64,000 nt of DNA, from NCBI GenBank assembly GCA_963833985.1, contig CAWIAD010000002.1, forward strand, positions 4,640,001 through 4,704,000, given 5' to 3'. This DNA comes from an uncultured Planctomycetaceae bacterium (GTDB lineage Bacteria > Planctomycetota > Planctomycetia > Isosphaerales > Isosphaeraceae). Shown piece by piece: positions 44,601 to 53,316 of the stretch (the stretch's first letter is position 1; every line of letters begins with the position of its first letter). A model generated the notes under the pieces. It had not been told where the DNA came from, did not search any database, and saw only the letters and a list, made by a program, of their open reading frames with translations. Both the position numbers and the translations under genes were made by a program.

Positions 44601-44658
44601 GGATGCGTTCCTTCGGCCCGGCGCGGACCGATCCCGTGGCCCACCGGGCCCGGTCCAT
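38695..44658 (-). CDS. Full-length Rhs/YD-repeat polymorphic toxin with a C-terminal HExxH (zincin-like) domain
   Basis: 1987 aa; many YD repeats; core DRLGSVR..GRFVQEDPLG..VDPTG; tip TLLHESYH; Pro/Ala/Ser-rich N-terminal linker. Confidence 0.95.
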   Translation of the reverse strand: MDRARWATGSVRAGPKERILSKHRLSFTERRRARMARKFDRLEQCELRIMITEPISLTALSMGLPLGLDSLLGLSAASKAQLAGTAARPGRGGGATPGQNAPASAGTTARAATFLNSAAARPRTTGGAGNAQGLVPVSIVPAPAAPGDWLSLLPLQSPASNGETGITPPWHPAQRQGAGQVINLGTGAGGSAPAATANRGAITPLKVPAPGSSGSNQAASSALLAAASSASQPTVPPTPNPGAGSPEPGASPPPHAGAPPSAIPPQPPPPASSGSSSGGGINPNIDPTIGNSSGASLGSFTYFPVYVVDYTQGEVMFPGAYQLATFNKFVDLRAQVENTTVSSISWDTTHLTLVNHVSGTTGYDLTFTWGNGSVNPAPSVNSVTLSVTDTNSHTETFTYDFLVPAGSSSGMSGGGDPTWPGSLAPDLELPQAPAFVSHNVSVDATSGALDTSINLPSYNPNVPAVALTYDSLTADPRPIVDIPHALSPTLTLPSQDSGQISVATTGGTTVYTGSTWYDNTSQLMAGDIQQMALQANMTGQSTGRYNYTATVVDYRSTNTTTTLTGTMSVLNDSSSTIGNGWSVSGLEKITSASGGMILDLGSGGRSLWFSGSFGSGGGTFTDPPGEFSTLVQNSGGTYTRTLTDGTQITFDSGGHETATIDTNGLHITYSYSSGNLTNITDPYGNTTTFSYSGGYLQTIKDPAGRLTTLTHSGSSLTGATLPDSSTWGYAYDGSGRMTQVTDPNSKTVTVAYDSAERASTITRPDNSTTEEFFPSQEAGLSSSVTSGGGTAAVPLATATSNYTDPNSNVTTLRPDWNGQGLTDVAVDALGNVASSDRIGSGASMGLATVTIDRLNRIDQYAYDSKGNITQHTYPDLNFDQYSYNSFAEVTQFTDANNHVYTYDYDTHGNLTVTQDPMGNLTTMTYTGDGMLATLKDANGHTTSIQYDSQDRATTVQNPDGTTVLHGYNNQGNVTSVTDQRSNTTTYSYDAMNRETGMTDPLTNRTTDVYDSGGNLIVEQDPTPALQVARTTTISYDAMNRAVTVTAPLSRVTVYGYDSGGNLIKITDPMSRITSISYDALNRPTVVTAPLTASANAVTTTTYDAEGQVIQVADPMGRITTTAYNYRGWVATVEDGLGNITTYAYTPTGKESTEVDPGHSGGSTQSFYYDKDDRLTTYTDANNHTTTYVYDGVGNMTGMTDANSNATQHAYDTMNRLTTVTDALGHTTVYGYDSGGNQQTVKDALGNVTTTLYDADNRATTIIDPLGNTTTMAYDAAGRMTTLTDPLGNHTTWGYDSADRLTTMTDPLGNTATYLYNYDDQLTASTDRNGRVVTYSYDLGGQETGETWYSASGGTTNLITITYNADNELTKITDNYATLSFTYDSGGNQLTDSTSGPGSHQPSVTLTSGYDAYHDRTSLTDNITGNVGVTTFQYDPAFRLTTISASYNGSAGPQVVLGYDPGNRETSISRTIGGSGTSVNTSIVYDPANRVGTITDQTGTGTALSTYVYGYDNANRVTTEVNAEGTVTYGYDSGGELLTARGSRTENYSYDSGGNRNMTGYTTGTGNELSSGGGYTFTYDKEGNTIGETQLSTHDVWTFGYDDRNRMTSAVEKNSGGTTLQQVTYTYDALNHRIGVDTNSTQMWTVYDGKGADANPYADFNGSGTLLTRYVSGPAVDELFARTSSGGTTAWYLADRLGSVRDIVNTSGTSIDHVVYDSYGNILSESSGGSNGDRFKFAGMEWDAAIEQYYDHARSYSAMAGRFVQEDPLGSSDQLPNLYAYVSNCTTLFVDPTGCYQSPTQVQSGQNLTWYERAYSYVVYGIYKVTQPNSELLNEAERQYISRLVQAMAAVNWVTIPDEYKGGMYADLVGHLSKMQIRLYSDPSQKNIAGAKRGILYLSSDFFYNTDPNQQVKTLLHESYHDYYEHGVPDPYVRPYPNRQSYDPEHYAEYVAEQLAKYARNSGLWSDFFKYQIYWKSLNRQHIPYAPF

Positions 44659-44850
44659 GGCGAGAAAGGCGCGGACCGAGAGCCGGCGGGGTAAGCCCCT
44701 GGAAGCGAGTCACGAGATGACGCTTGAAACAGAGGTCAGGACGTAGCCCACCTCGCGCTGCGAGCCGGCGAACGCCAGCGCAGACAAAGACTGACAAGTG
44801 GAGGTGACGAACGTGTCACATCAGAAAGTGCGTTGCCCGAACGCACGACG

Positions 44851-44878
44851 ATTTTAATTCCGCGGAAAGGAAGGTCAA
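44851..44878 (-). promoter_or_regulatory. Putative sigma70 promoter of the Rhs gene
   Basis: Minus strand TTGACC-16 nt-TAAAAT with AT-rich upstream sequence. Confidence 0.55.
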
Positions 44879-45010
44879 GAAAATTTCTGATCATGCCGGT
44901 GATTTTCTTGAAAGGCACCAGACCCTGTGCGGTCGCGGTGGTGCACCTAACCTTTTTCGGATCAATCGCTTTCGTGTCACCTGATTCGTTCGGAGAACAG
45001 CTGAAAAAAC

Positions 45011-46177
45011 TCATCGAACTGACCGGCAACACGCTGCGGTTCCCACCGCTGCGCCTCGGCGCTGGCGAGCGCCGCGCTGGCGGGCCTCGAACTCCGGATC
45101 GTCCCAGAGCTTCTCCAGCGCGGTCACCCAGGGCGCGACCTCGCGCACTGTTGGAATCGCCAGCGAATGGGCCGTGTACTGCGCCGGGATGGTGAAGACG
45201 AAGCCGGCGCCGCCCAGCGTCTCGGGCAAGGCACCGCGGTCGCTGGCCAGCACAGGAATGCCGTTGGCCATCGCCTCCATCGGCACACGGCCCAGCGACT
45301 CCCGCCACAGCGACGGCACCAGCACCGCCCGGCTCACCCGGTAGAAATCACGCGGATCAGGCGTGTGGGCCATCCGGTGCAGGTTGGTGAGACCGGAAAG
45401 GTCGATCGGCAGCTTGCCCAGCGTGTCGGACGTCCCGCGCCCTTCCACCACCAGCAGCGGAATCTCCGGCCGGCGCCGGTTCAGCTCGGCGGCGATCCGC
45501 GCGAAGACCGTGACGCCCTTGGACGGCTGCGGGTTGATGAACGTGACGTATCTCGGCTCCGGGTCCGCGGCGACGATGCGGTCAAGCGGGATCGGGTCGG
45601 GGATCACCGGGCCGTCCAGTCCCAGCAGCCTGGCGTGGTAGCGCCGGGAGTATTCCGACGGGAAGATCACCGCCGAGACATCGGCGAACGCCGAGCGGTC
45701 GTTGTATCCAAAATTGTGCAGGTGAAACACGACCGCAATCCCGCGCTGTCGTGCCCGGTGCATGAGCGCGAGGCTGACGGGATGGCCGCCGTAGGTCAAG
45801 AGGACGTCGGGCTTGAAGCGGTCGAGGACCTGGTCGGCCAGGTCGAGGAAGACCGCCGCTTCACGCGGGTCGGGCGACCGCTCGCCGCGGCTGGACGCCG
45901 TGGGCATGAGCGTGACCCGCACGCCGTTCACATTCAGGTCGAGCACCTCGGCGGCCTGGCCCGATTTCCGTTCCGCGTGGAATCGCTGCACGGGAAGTTC
46001 CAGCGCCCCGAGCAGCTCGTCGAGGGTCGTTTCTCGCTCGGTGTCGAGGATGCCGGCCGTGAGCACGCGGCAATCCATCCCCCGTGCCGCGAGCAGCTCC
46101 AGGAGTTCCCGCGTGCACAACGACGCGCCGCCGGAGGGGTCCAGGTAACAGTGAACCGACGAGAAGAGCAGACGCAT
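45011..46177 (-). CDS. GT4 (GT-B fold) glycosyltransferase; extreme C-terminus possibly frameshifted
   Basis: FINPQPSKG, VPSLWRESLGRVPMEAMANGIPVLASDRGALPE. Confidence 0.9.
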   Translation of the reverse strand: MRLLFSSVHCYLDPSGGASLCTRELLELLAARGMDCRVLTAGILDTERETTLDELLGALELPVQRFHAERKSGQAAEVLDLNVNGVRVTLMPTASSRGERSPDPREAAVFLDLADQVLDRFKPDVLLTYGGHPVSLALMHRARQRGIAVVFHLHNFGYNDRSAFADVSAVIFPSEYSRRYHARLLGLDGPVIPDPIPLDRIVAADPEPRYVTFINPQPSKGVTVFARIAAELNRRRPEIPLLVVEGRGTSDTLGKLPIDLSGLTNLHRMAHTPDPRDFYRVSRAVLVPSLWRESLGRVPMEAMANGIPVLASDRGALPETLGGAGFVFTIPAQYTAHSLAIPTVREVAPWVTALEKLWDDPEFEARQRGARQRRGAAVGTAACCRSVR

Positions 46178-46827
46178 GGGGCACCTGAGGTGAAGTGATC
46201 CGACCGCGCCGGCACAAGGAGAGCAAACCGTGTACTGGTTGGCAAGATCCGCGGCGTCCGCATCGTAAACTCAATAGAGTGGCGCAACGCGCCGGCTCCT
46301 TGGCATTTCGGTTGTTTGTACGGACCAGGGCGCCGCCAGGGGAAAGCCGGGCGGCGCACCGGCGTCCATCACCTGGCCGTCTGGTGGGCCTCGCTGCGCC
46401 TCGACCGCACCCTACCTGATGTGGGAATCGCCACGGCTGCTTGCAAAAAAACGCGGACCGAACCCAAATGAAAACCCGGGAAATGCGTATGTAAAGCTCA
46501 TTCAAAAAGAGAGTTACGTCCGATGGCTTCGCTGGCATGATGGCGAGAACGAAGCCAATCGCGGAGGGGGTGGTCCGATCCCCCTTGCACCGGGCGGAGG
46601 CGCCCGGGACAACGGCCCTGCCAGAGGATTGTCGGGGTCGCCTGCGGACGATCCGGACATCCTGCGGCGCACGCGAGAGCGGACGTGCAGCCCTCGATTG
46701 AGCTCGGTTGGTTTCAAGTTGAGCTTGCCAGCCGGGAAGAGGCACGATAGTCTTCGCGTACATATCCGGGCTTCAACGGTCTCGACTCTCCGATCTTCAC
46801 GGCCGCTTCTGGAACGTTTCCTGCTCC

Positions 46828-47316
46828 ATGAGCACACATCCCCGAGGGTTCCAGCGTCTCGAAGGGCGAAACCGCTGGTGCTTGCTGGTGCTGGCGGCGG
46901 GTCTGGTGGGGCTTCTGGGTGTGTCGCGGTGGTTGAAACCCGACCCTCGCGGGTACGGGACTCACACGCAGCTAGGACTTGGCCCTTGCGCGTTCGCCCG
47001 GCTGACTGGCCGTCCCTGTCCCACGTGTGGGATGACGACGGCCTTTGCCTGGTTCACGCGCGGCTGTTTCCGGAGCTCGTGGCAGGCCAATCCCGCGGGA
47101 TGCATGATGGCCGCCCTGATCGTACCGGTTTCCTTGTGGCTGCTGGCCTGCGGATGGCTGGGAAAGGCCGTCGGCTGCCGGTCGGTGGACCGCCCGCTCA
47201 TGGGGATGCTGGTCGCCATCGTGCTGATCAGTCTCGCGTTCTGGACGATTCGATTTCTCGGTGCTCCCCTCAACCCTGCCGCGTCCGGCCTGCCGCCGGT
47301 TGCCGGCACCGGGTAA
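46828..47316 (+). CDS. DUF2752 family membrane protein
   Basis: GTHTQLGLGPCAF..TGRPCPTCGMTTAF..ANPAG. Confidence 0.85.
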   Translation: MSTHPRGFQRLEGRNRWCLLVLAAGLVGLLGVSRWLKPDPRGYGTHTQLGLGPCAFARLTGRPCPTCGMTTAFAWFTRGCFRSSWQANPAGCMMAALIVPVSLWLLACGWLGKAVGCRSVDRPLMGMLVAIVLISLAFWTIRFLGAPLNPAASGLPPVAGTG

Positions 47317-47351
47317 GCCAGCACCCGAACCAAGGAAGGAGGGGGTGAAGC

Positions 47352-48065
47352 ATGACCCCTCGTGCTCTGGCAAGGATGCGCTACGTCGCCGCCCTGTTTC
47401 TGGTTGTCGGGAGCTCTGTCTCGCTGCTGGGCTGCGACCCCCGCGCTGCGTTTTACTTCCTCCAGCCGTTCGAGCCCATGGTCGCGCCGCCGGGTCCGAG
47501 CCTGGAAAACAAGAAGATTGTCGTGCTCACGCACGCCACCTCCGGCAGCCAGGTCGAGTTTCCCTCGCTGGAGCGCGACCTGAACCGGGAATTCATTACC
47601 AACCTCAAGAAGCACAGCAAGAAGCTCACCGTGGTCGATGCCGACAAGGTCCGAACCTGGGTGGAAGGCCATCCCAAGTGGACCGACCCGGCTGACGCCG
47701 CCCGCGACTTCGAGGCCGACGTGGTGGTCTTCCTGGAGCTCGAGCAGTTCCAGGTGCAGGCGCCGGGCGACCTGAACGTACTTCAGGGGAGCTCGAAGAT
47801 CCATATCCAGGCGTTCGAGCTGACGCCGCCGAAGAACAGCAAGGGCAAGCCGATCAAGGACCAGCCCAAGGAATCGAACTCCATCTACGACGACTACCAG
47901 GAGAGCTCGTTCCCGACCCAGGGACCCATCGCCATGGATTCCGGAGTGGGCCGGTCCGCCTTCAAGAACAAGTTCCTCCAGGTGGTCGCCAGCGAGGCCT
48001 CCTGGCACTTCGTGGAGCATTCGCCGGAGGAAGTGATCCGGGACATCCACCTGAACCAGCGCTGA
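47352..48065 (+). CDS. Hypothetical lipoprotein
   Basis: Lipobox LLGC; strong GC3 bias; RBS upstream. Confidence 0.75.
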   Translation: MTPRALARMRYVAALFLVVGSSVSLLGCDPRAAFYFLQPFEPMVAPPGPSLENKKIVVLTHATSGSQVEFPSLERDLNREFITNLKKHSKKLTVVDADKVRTWVEGHPKWTDPADAARDFEADVVVFLELEQFQVQAPGDLNVLQGSSKIHIQAFELTPPKNSKGKPIKDQPKESNSIYDDYQESSFPTQGPIAMDSGVGRSAFKNKFLQVVASEASWHFVEHSPEEVIRDIHLNQR

Positions 48066-48545
48066 GTTCAAGCGCCTCGTGCGGCCGGGGAGCAGTCGGT
48101 GGCCCCGGTTCTTCCTGGCGCCAGCCTGGCATTCAGCCATCCGGGAAACAGCGGGTGGCTGAATGCGGAGAACCCGTTCCAGGCGCTGCCTGCAACCGCA
48201 GTACATGCCGGCGGCGGGAAAAAAGGTGGATCCGTCCCGGAACAGGGCGACACGTGAAGCACCATCATCGCCAGGATGCGGACGAGGGCGCAGAGGAAAC
48301 GATCGGGACGGCGGTCTCCACGAGCGAGGTCCCGTTCGTGGGGAACAGCGTCGCCAGCGATGCGGCATGATGACTTCGAGGACAGCATGGGATATCCGAT
48401 GCTGGCCGATGCAGTGAAACATCCGGCGGTCGGTTCTGGGGTCTGGAATGCTCCGCGCCGCCCTGCCGATATCGGACTGGTGCCTCCCCTTCCGTGCACG
48501 TCCGCCAGCATCGGCCCCGGGATGCCCGGCATCGTTTTGCCGGCG

Positions 48546-49553
48546 TTAGAAGGGCGGCTCGATCATCTCGGATCCCGACCTGGTCCCGAGCGCCTGCCAC
48601 ACCCGTGACGAGACCGTATTTGAAACCCAGTGGACAGCGCCGTCGGCTGTCGCAACACTTACTCCGCCCCTGTGCATGCTGCGGGCGGGATAGATGCCGG
48701 ACTCGGAACTCCCCATTGGTGGGAACTGTGCGTCCGCGCCGCCGCAATCAAACCACGCGCTGTTTGGTGTGAAAATGTGGTTGTACGAAGTCGTGTCGTA
48801 GCCGCATACCGCCCAGGACCAACCACCCGAGCAATAGAAGGAAGAAGAAGAGCCGGGCCCGCTCTGACACGCGGCAATCTCATCGCCGACAGATTGGTAC
48901 GCCCCGATGCCTGCCCTCCATGAATCGCGAGCCGGGTCCGGACGCCTGAGGTCGCCGGACCCGAGCAGCCGCTCCGAGAGCATGGCGGTCGTGGAGAGAC
49001 CATCGGTGACCTGCGCCGGGCTCACCCACTGGTAGATCTCGAACACCCCCAGCCGATTCACCTCCTGCGGGGACGGGAACGTGCCAATCTGCGAGCCCAT
49101 GCAGACTCTATAATCTACCGGCCCATTCGGCGTGGGCGACGGATTGCCGTCGGAGGGGCACAGGAATACCGAGAGGGTTACAGACATGAACGTCGCCTGC
49201 TCTGGCCACGACTCCGTGCCCGCCGACTGCCCGGACTGAAAGTTGATGGAATCGAAAATGGGCCTCAGCTCGAGATCGGCCAGTACGTGAGTGAACGCCG
49301 AGTAATCATTGCCGCGAAAGGTCGCCGTGGGGAGCTGGATGGGCATTCCCTGAGCTGGAAACCTCCCCTCCCGGGTCTGGTAAGAGTGCATGGCCAGCGT
49401 GATCTGCCGCAGGTTGTTGACGCACTGCGCCACTCGTGCCGATTCCCGGACCGCCTGCACCGCTGGCAACAGAAGAGCGATCAACAGCCCCAGAACCAGA
49501 ATCACGACCAGCGTTTCGACGAGGGTCAATGCAGAGCAAGGACGCAGTCTCAT
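48546..49553 (-). CDS. DUF1559 prepilin-like protein with H-X9-DG motif
   Basis: ALTLVETLVVILVLGLLIALLLPAVQAVRESARVAQCVNNLRQI, FLCPSD, VTDGLSTT, SMHRGGVSVATADG. Confidence 0.93.
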   Translation of the reverse strand: MRLRPCSALTLVETLVVILVLGLLIALLLPAVQAVRESARVAQCVNNLRQITLAMHSYQTREGRFPAQGMPIQLPTATFRGNDYSAFTHVLADLELRPIFDSINFQSGQSAGTESWPEQATFMSVTLSVFLCPSDGNPSPTPNGPVDYRVCMGSQIGTFPSPQEVNRLGVFEIYQWVSPAQVTDGLSTTAMLSERLLGSGDLRRPDPARDSWRAGIGAYQSVGDEIAACQSGPGSSSSFYCSGGWSWAVCGYDTTSYNHIFTPNSAWFDCGGADAQFPPMGSSESGIYPARSMHRGGVSVATADGAVHWVSNTVSSRVWQALGTRSGSEMIEPPF

Positions 49554-49566
49554 TCCACTCGTATGG

Positions 49567-50633
49567 CTATTCTCGATTCTCACCGCTTTTGCCCTCCGGA
49601 AAGCTCGGAGTCCAGCCCTTGATCAGCAGAGGTACATTGAAGCTGGTTGCCTCCGAGGCGGACAGCTCAACGGAAAGCGTCCCCATGGCATCGCCGCTCC
49701 CCGACGGAAACATGAGGTCGAAATCGAGGGTCGCGAGTCCATCTCCGGCCTTGGTGGCAGACAGGTTTGTCAGGACCCACGGAGGTGAAGTCGTGATTGA
49801 CCTCGCGACCAAAGTGTCGCCCGGGGAACTGGACCTCACCAGCAGCTTGCGGTGGATGATGCGCCCGATGTCGTCCTTGTCGACCTCAATCTGAGAAGGA
49901 GTGCATTGGAACGGACCGGAGACCGTCACAGTGAACGGAATCATAACGAGGAAGGCCTTCTCGTCGTCGGTTACGATATAAATGGTCCCACGGTGGACAC
50001 CGAGCGCCCGTCCCGCACGAAATATCACAGAAACTCTGTGAAACTGGAGACTAACGTCGGCGCTCTCAGCCGTCGCGTCGATGTCGGGGACGTCAGTCGT
50101 GATGTTCTTGATCGTGAAGTCCTTTTTCCCCGGCGAGTAGACCTCGACAATCCACGTTCTGTTCTGTCCGAGAGGGATTTCTCCAGCATCAATCGCCTCC
50201 GGCGACGTCCGCAACCCTAACCACCCCTCGGCGAAAAGGTGGATCTCGGTACGGGGCGCGCGGGGTCGTTGGCGTCGATCGATACGAAGTGCTGCACGTT
50301 CGCGGGGGCCGGCGGGAGATCGAACTCGACTTTCAGGTCAGTGCTCTCTCCGGGTGCAAGTGACGAAACCAAGAGATGGGGCCTGGTGCACCCGCATGAT
50401 GACCCAACTTTGTCAAATACTAGGGCTGCTGAACCTTGATTACTGATACGAAACACTTTTTCCAAATGGGAGCCAGGCGGGTGTTTTCCCCAGTTCCACG
50501 AGTCCCGGTCGAGCACCATTCTGGGACTGCCCGGGCGCTTGGCCCCAACCGAAACCGCCCAGATTGATAGCAGGAGGCAAAGGGAGCCAACCGCGAACAA
50601 TGCGGATAACAGGTGCCGCTTGGAGCCGAGCAT
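49567..50633 (-). CDS. DUF1573 / Ig-like repeat protein (frameshift ~50255)
   Basis: N-terminal TM; FRISNQG..SSCGCT..LAPGES; joins ORF 49567-50214 via PRTEIHLFAEGWLGLRTSPE. Confidence 0.82.
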
Positions 50634-50675
50634 TGTGACCTCACCGATGGAGCTTGGAGCGCAGGTCGGCCGCCG

Positions 50676-51212
50676 TCAGCTGCCTGACGCGCCCCCGGTC
50701 ACCCGCGCGATTCCGCCAATCACGATCGCCTCGCCTCCCCACACACCCGCCAGCGCACGCCAGGAGAGACGCCTGGGTTCGGATGGAGGGTCGAGAACGA
50801 TAACAGTTCCGTCCGCGCAGGGGAACGCCGCCACGAAGTGCGTCCCACTGACGAAGAGGATCATGGGTTCGCGGGGGCGGCCAGGGTTGCTCGGATCAAA
50901 GCGAAGCGCCCGTGCCGAAAAGTCGCGCTCGCGCAGCGCCCTCAGAATGTCGGTGAACGAGCAAAATCCGTTCTCGCCGAGCCGGACCATGTCGCGTGCT
51001 TCCGCGAGGCCGACGGGACGCCCCAGGTAACCGGTCACGGCAGCGATGCAGACCGGACCGCAGCTTTCCTCCGTCCTCGTGCGTTGGTTGAACATCAAGG
51101 CAGCCCCAGCGGGCCCGCCGCGTCCGCGCAGGCCGACGACGAATCCAAGCGCCAGGACACCGCCCGTGAGAAGCGCAAGCAGGTCCGCGCGTCGTAGCGT
51201 TCGCCCGAGCAT
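50676..51212 (-). CDS. Stand-alone C39 cysteine peptidase with an N-terminal membrane anchor
   Basis: ESCGPVC (Cys), GTHFV (His), VLDP (Asp), WGGEAIVI; no ABC domain; RR plus hydrophobic N-terminus. Confidence 0.85.
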   Translation of the reverse strand: MLGRTLRRADLLALLTGGVLALGFVVGLRGRGGPAGAALMFNQRTRTEESCGPVCIAAVTGYLGRPVGLAEARDMVRLGENGFCSFTDILRALRERDFSARALRFDPSNPGRPREPMILFVSGTHFVAAFPCADGTVIVLDPPSEPRRLSWRALAGVWGGEAIVIGGIARVTGGASGS

Positions 51213-51351
51213 GTCGAAGCGATCCTTTTCCGGGTTGAGTTGTACAAGTCATCGCGGCACCGATGTCACCGCATCCGGCTGTCCTCGTCCTGCCAGCTCA
51301 TGCGCCCGACGGCTCCCCATTTGCCATGACGGCATCGACGTAGGGCACGAG

Positions 51352-52440
51352 TCAGCGGTGGGAGGTGTGATCTCTCCAGCGGACCGCGGCCACGACCGCG
51401 GCGACGAGGAGCAGCGCCCCCACGGCCGCAAGAGCCCAGGCTGCGAGGGCTGGGCTCACTGTGAAAGGCCCAGGTTTCCCTCCATTCGACTCGGTGTCCG
51501 AGAGCTCGGACTGGAGCTTCTTGATCTTCTCGATCTGAGCGCTAATGGAGCTGTCAGTCACTCGCTTCACAACGAACGCAGGCCCCCCCTTGATCTTGTC
51601 GGAGAGAAGCGTGCCGTCAGGAAAGTCGAGCTGGAACGTGTCGGGCTTGAGCGTCCGGTTCACCGCCCAGTCGGTGAGGTCCAGTGTGAACTCGTGCATG
51701 AGCTCATAACCACCGTCGTCGTAGTACCCGTGACTGACATGGTGGACCTGCGACGGGACCCAGAGCGGCCCGTAGCGGACAAAGCCTTTGCTCTTGGTTT
51801 CGTGCCCGGGCTTCCAGTCGAGGCCTGCCTTGGGACGAAAGCTGGTGATGTTGCTAACAACCGCGAAGCCGTAGGAGGGCGCAACCAGGATGCTGCCTCT
51901 AAACAGGCTCCCGTCGGGCAGCGCGTGACTTGACTCCCAGATCAATTCCACGACCCGAGTCCCCTCCGCCTCCCCGGTACTCCCCATGTTGAGCGGCACT
52001 TCCTCGTAGAACTTGGGCACCGACCAGGTGTTCAGGTTCAGCAGCTCAGCAGGCTGGGCGGGCAGAGGTACGCCCAGTTCCCGACGCCTCGTTCCGGTGA
52101 TCCCATACTTACCTCCAGCCGGCTCCTTCTCGACGGTGATCGACCTGTACTCCTTGTCAATAACGATGATCTCGTGGGAGCCAGACTTATCGAGTTGCTC
52201 GATCCGTTTACGGTCCGAACGATCCAGCAGAAACTTGAATTGTTGGACATACTCTTTCAGAGGAGCGCCCCTGATAATCCTGCGCTGACCGTGGGCCTCG
52301 GCCTGAAACTGGAGGTTCTGGAAGGCGGCCTGGCGCGCCAACAAACCCGCCTTGATCTCGTCGAGGGTGTAGTCAGCCTTCGGATCTTCGAACGTCCCCG
52401 CACTAATAGCAAGGATGCAGACCAGTAGCCAAGCAACCAT
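51352..52440 (-). CDS. Exported hypothetical protein (LolA-like beta fold suspected) with a C-terminal TM anchor
   Basis: GGAGAGGAG RBS; signal peptide; WVP..VNRTLKPDTFQLDFPDGTLLSD; C-terminal hydrophobic helix followed by RWR. Confidence 0.7.
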   Translation of the reverse strand: MVAWLLVCILAISAGTFEDPKADYTLDEIKAGLLARQAAFQNLQFQAEAHGQRRIIRGAPLKEYVQQFKFLLDRSDRKRIEQLDKSGSHEIIVIDKEYRSITVEKEPAGGKYGITGTRRRELGVPLPAQPAELLNLNTWSVPKFYEEVPLNMGSTGEAEGTRVVELIWESSHALPDGSLFRGSILVAPSYGFAVVSNITSFRPKAGLDWKPGHETKSKGFVRYGPLWVPSQVHHVSHGYYDDGGYELMHEFTLDLTDWAVNRTLKPDTFQLDFPDGTLLSDKIKGGPAFVVKRVTDSSISAQIEKIKKLQSELSDTESNGGKPGPFTVSPALAAWALAAVGALLLVAAVVAAVRWRDHTSHR

Positions 52441-52766
52441 GACGCACTCCTCTCCGAAAAAGAGCCGCCGGGTCACGGGCATGGAACAAGCAGGGTTCTT
52501 AGCTTAGAGCCCTTCTCGATTCCCGCGATGCATTGCGGTCGAAGCCTGGCTCGAACAGTTCACCCCACATCGCCGCTCGTTTGGGGCGGCCGCCCGCCTC
52601 CGGTCCGTCGAGAGCGGTCGACACAGGCGCCGTAGGCCAGGCTCGCCGATCGTCGACATGCGCCATGGTGACGTTCGTCGGATACGCCATCCGTGGGGGC
52701 CTGGGCGACGGTCCTTCCAGCGTCCAACCCGTCCAGTTGTGGCGCGCTCGGCCCCGGAACGCGTCG

Positions 52767-53213
52767 TCAATGAATCATATCGCAGTCGTATAGCTCGGCA
52801 CCACACTGCTGCGAGTTTCCGTTCAGGCAGCTTGCGGGGCAACCGTTCGGGCCCGGGGCTGTGGAATAAACTGTCCCGCAGAGCTGTTTTTTGTCGGTTT
52901 GCGTGCATCCCATCGGGAAAGTCTGAGTCGGGTTGTTGCAGAGGAACTGGCTCATGGTCACCAGCGAGTAGCAAGTGCCTCCGTAGTTTACGCAGAAGAA
53001 GGTGTAATTGCCACACGCCGGATTGCCTTGGGTGCCGCACACGTCGCTCTTGCACATGCAGTTCTGGTTCATGTGCATGCACTCACCGCCAATGATCCCG
53101 AGACACTCCTTCTCGCTCATCGGAATGGGGGCATGGGAGGAACCGTCTGCCGTGATGGGCACGAGCAAGCAGACCGTCACGACGAGGGCTGCTGCGAGCA
53201 TTGCAAATCGCAT
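52767..53213 (-). CDS. Secreted Cys-rich precursor: signal peptide, double-glycine-type leader, 105-aa core with 14 Cys
   Basis: GGAGAG RBS; MRFAMLAAALVVTVCLLVPITADG; PMSEKECLGIIGG|ECMH.. Confidence 0.8.
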   Translation of the reverse strand: MRFAMLAAALVVTVCLLVPITADGSSHAPIPMSEKECLGIIGGECMHMNQNCMCKSDVCGTQGNPACGNYTFFCVNYGGTCYSLVTMSQFLCNNPTQTFPMGCTQTDKKQLCGTVYSTAPGPNGCPASCLNGNSQQCGAELYDCDMIH

Positions 53214-53316
53214 TGTTGCTCTCCCGTAGGGGGTTGCCGGACCGCAGGAACGGGGCCCGTCGCGCAAGACCGGGTCTCACGTTGGTGGTCGCGGCGACGT
53301 CCGTGAGTTTTGGACA

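Noticed and set aside
46195..46830. ORFs 46419-47348 (+) and 45861-46763 (-) between GT4 and DUF2752
   Set aside because: Arg/Pro-rich translations that overlap real genes in other frames; more likely a divergent promoter region
48068..48540. Gene between the lipoprotein and DUF1559 genes
   Set aside because: Several short overlapping ORFs on both strands, none with coding bias or motifs
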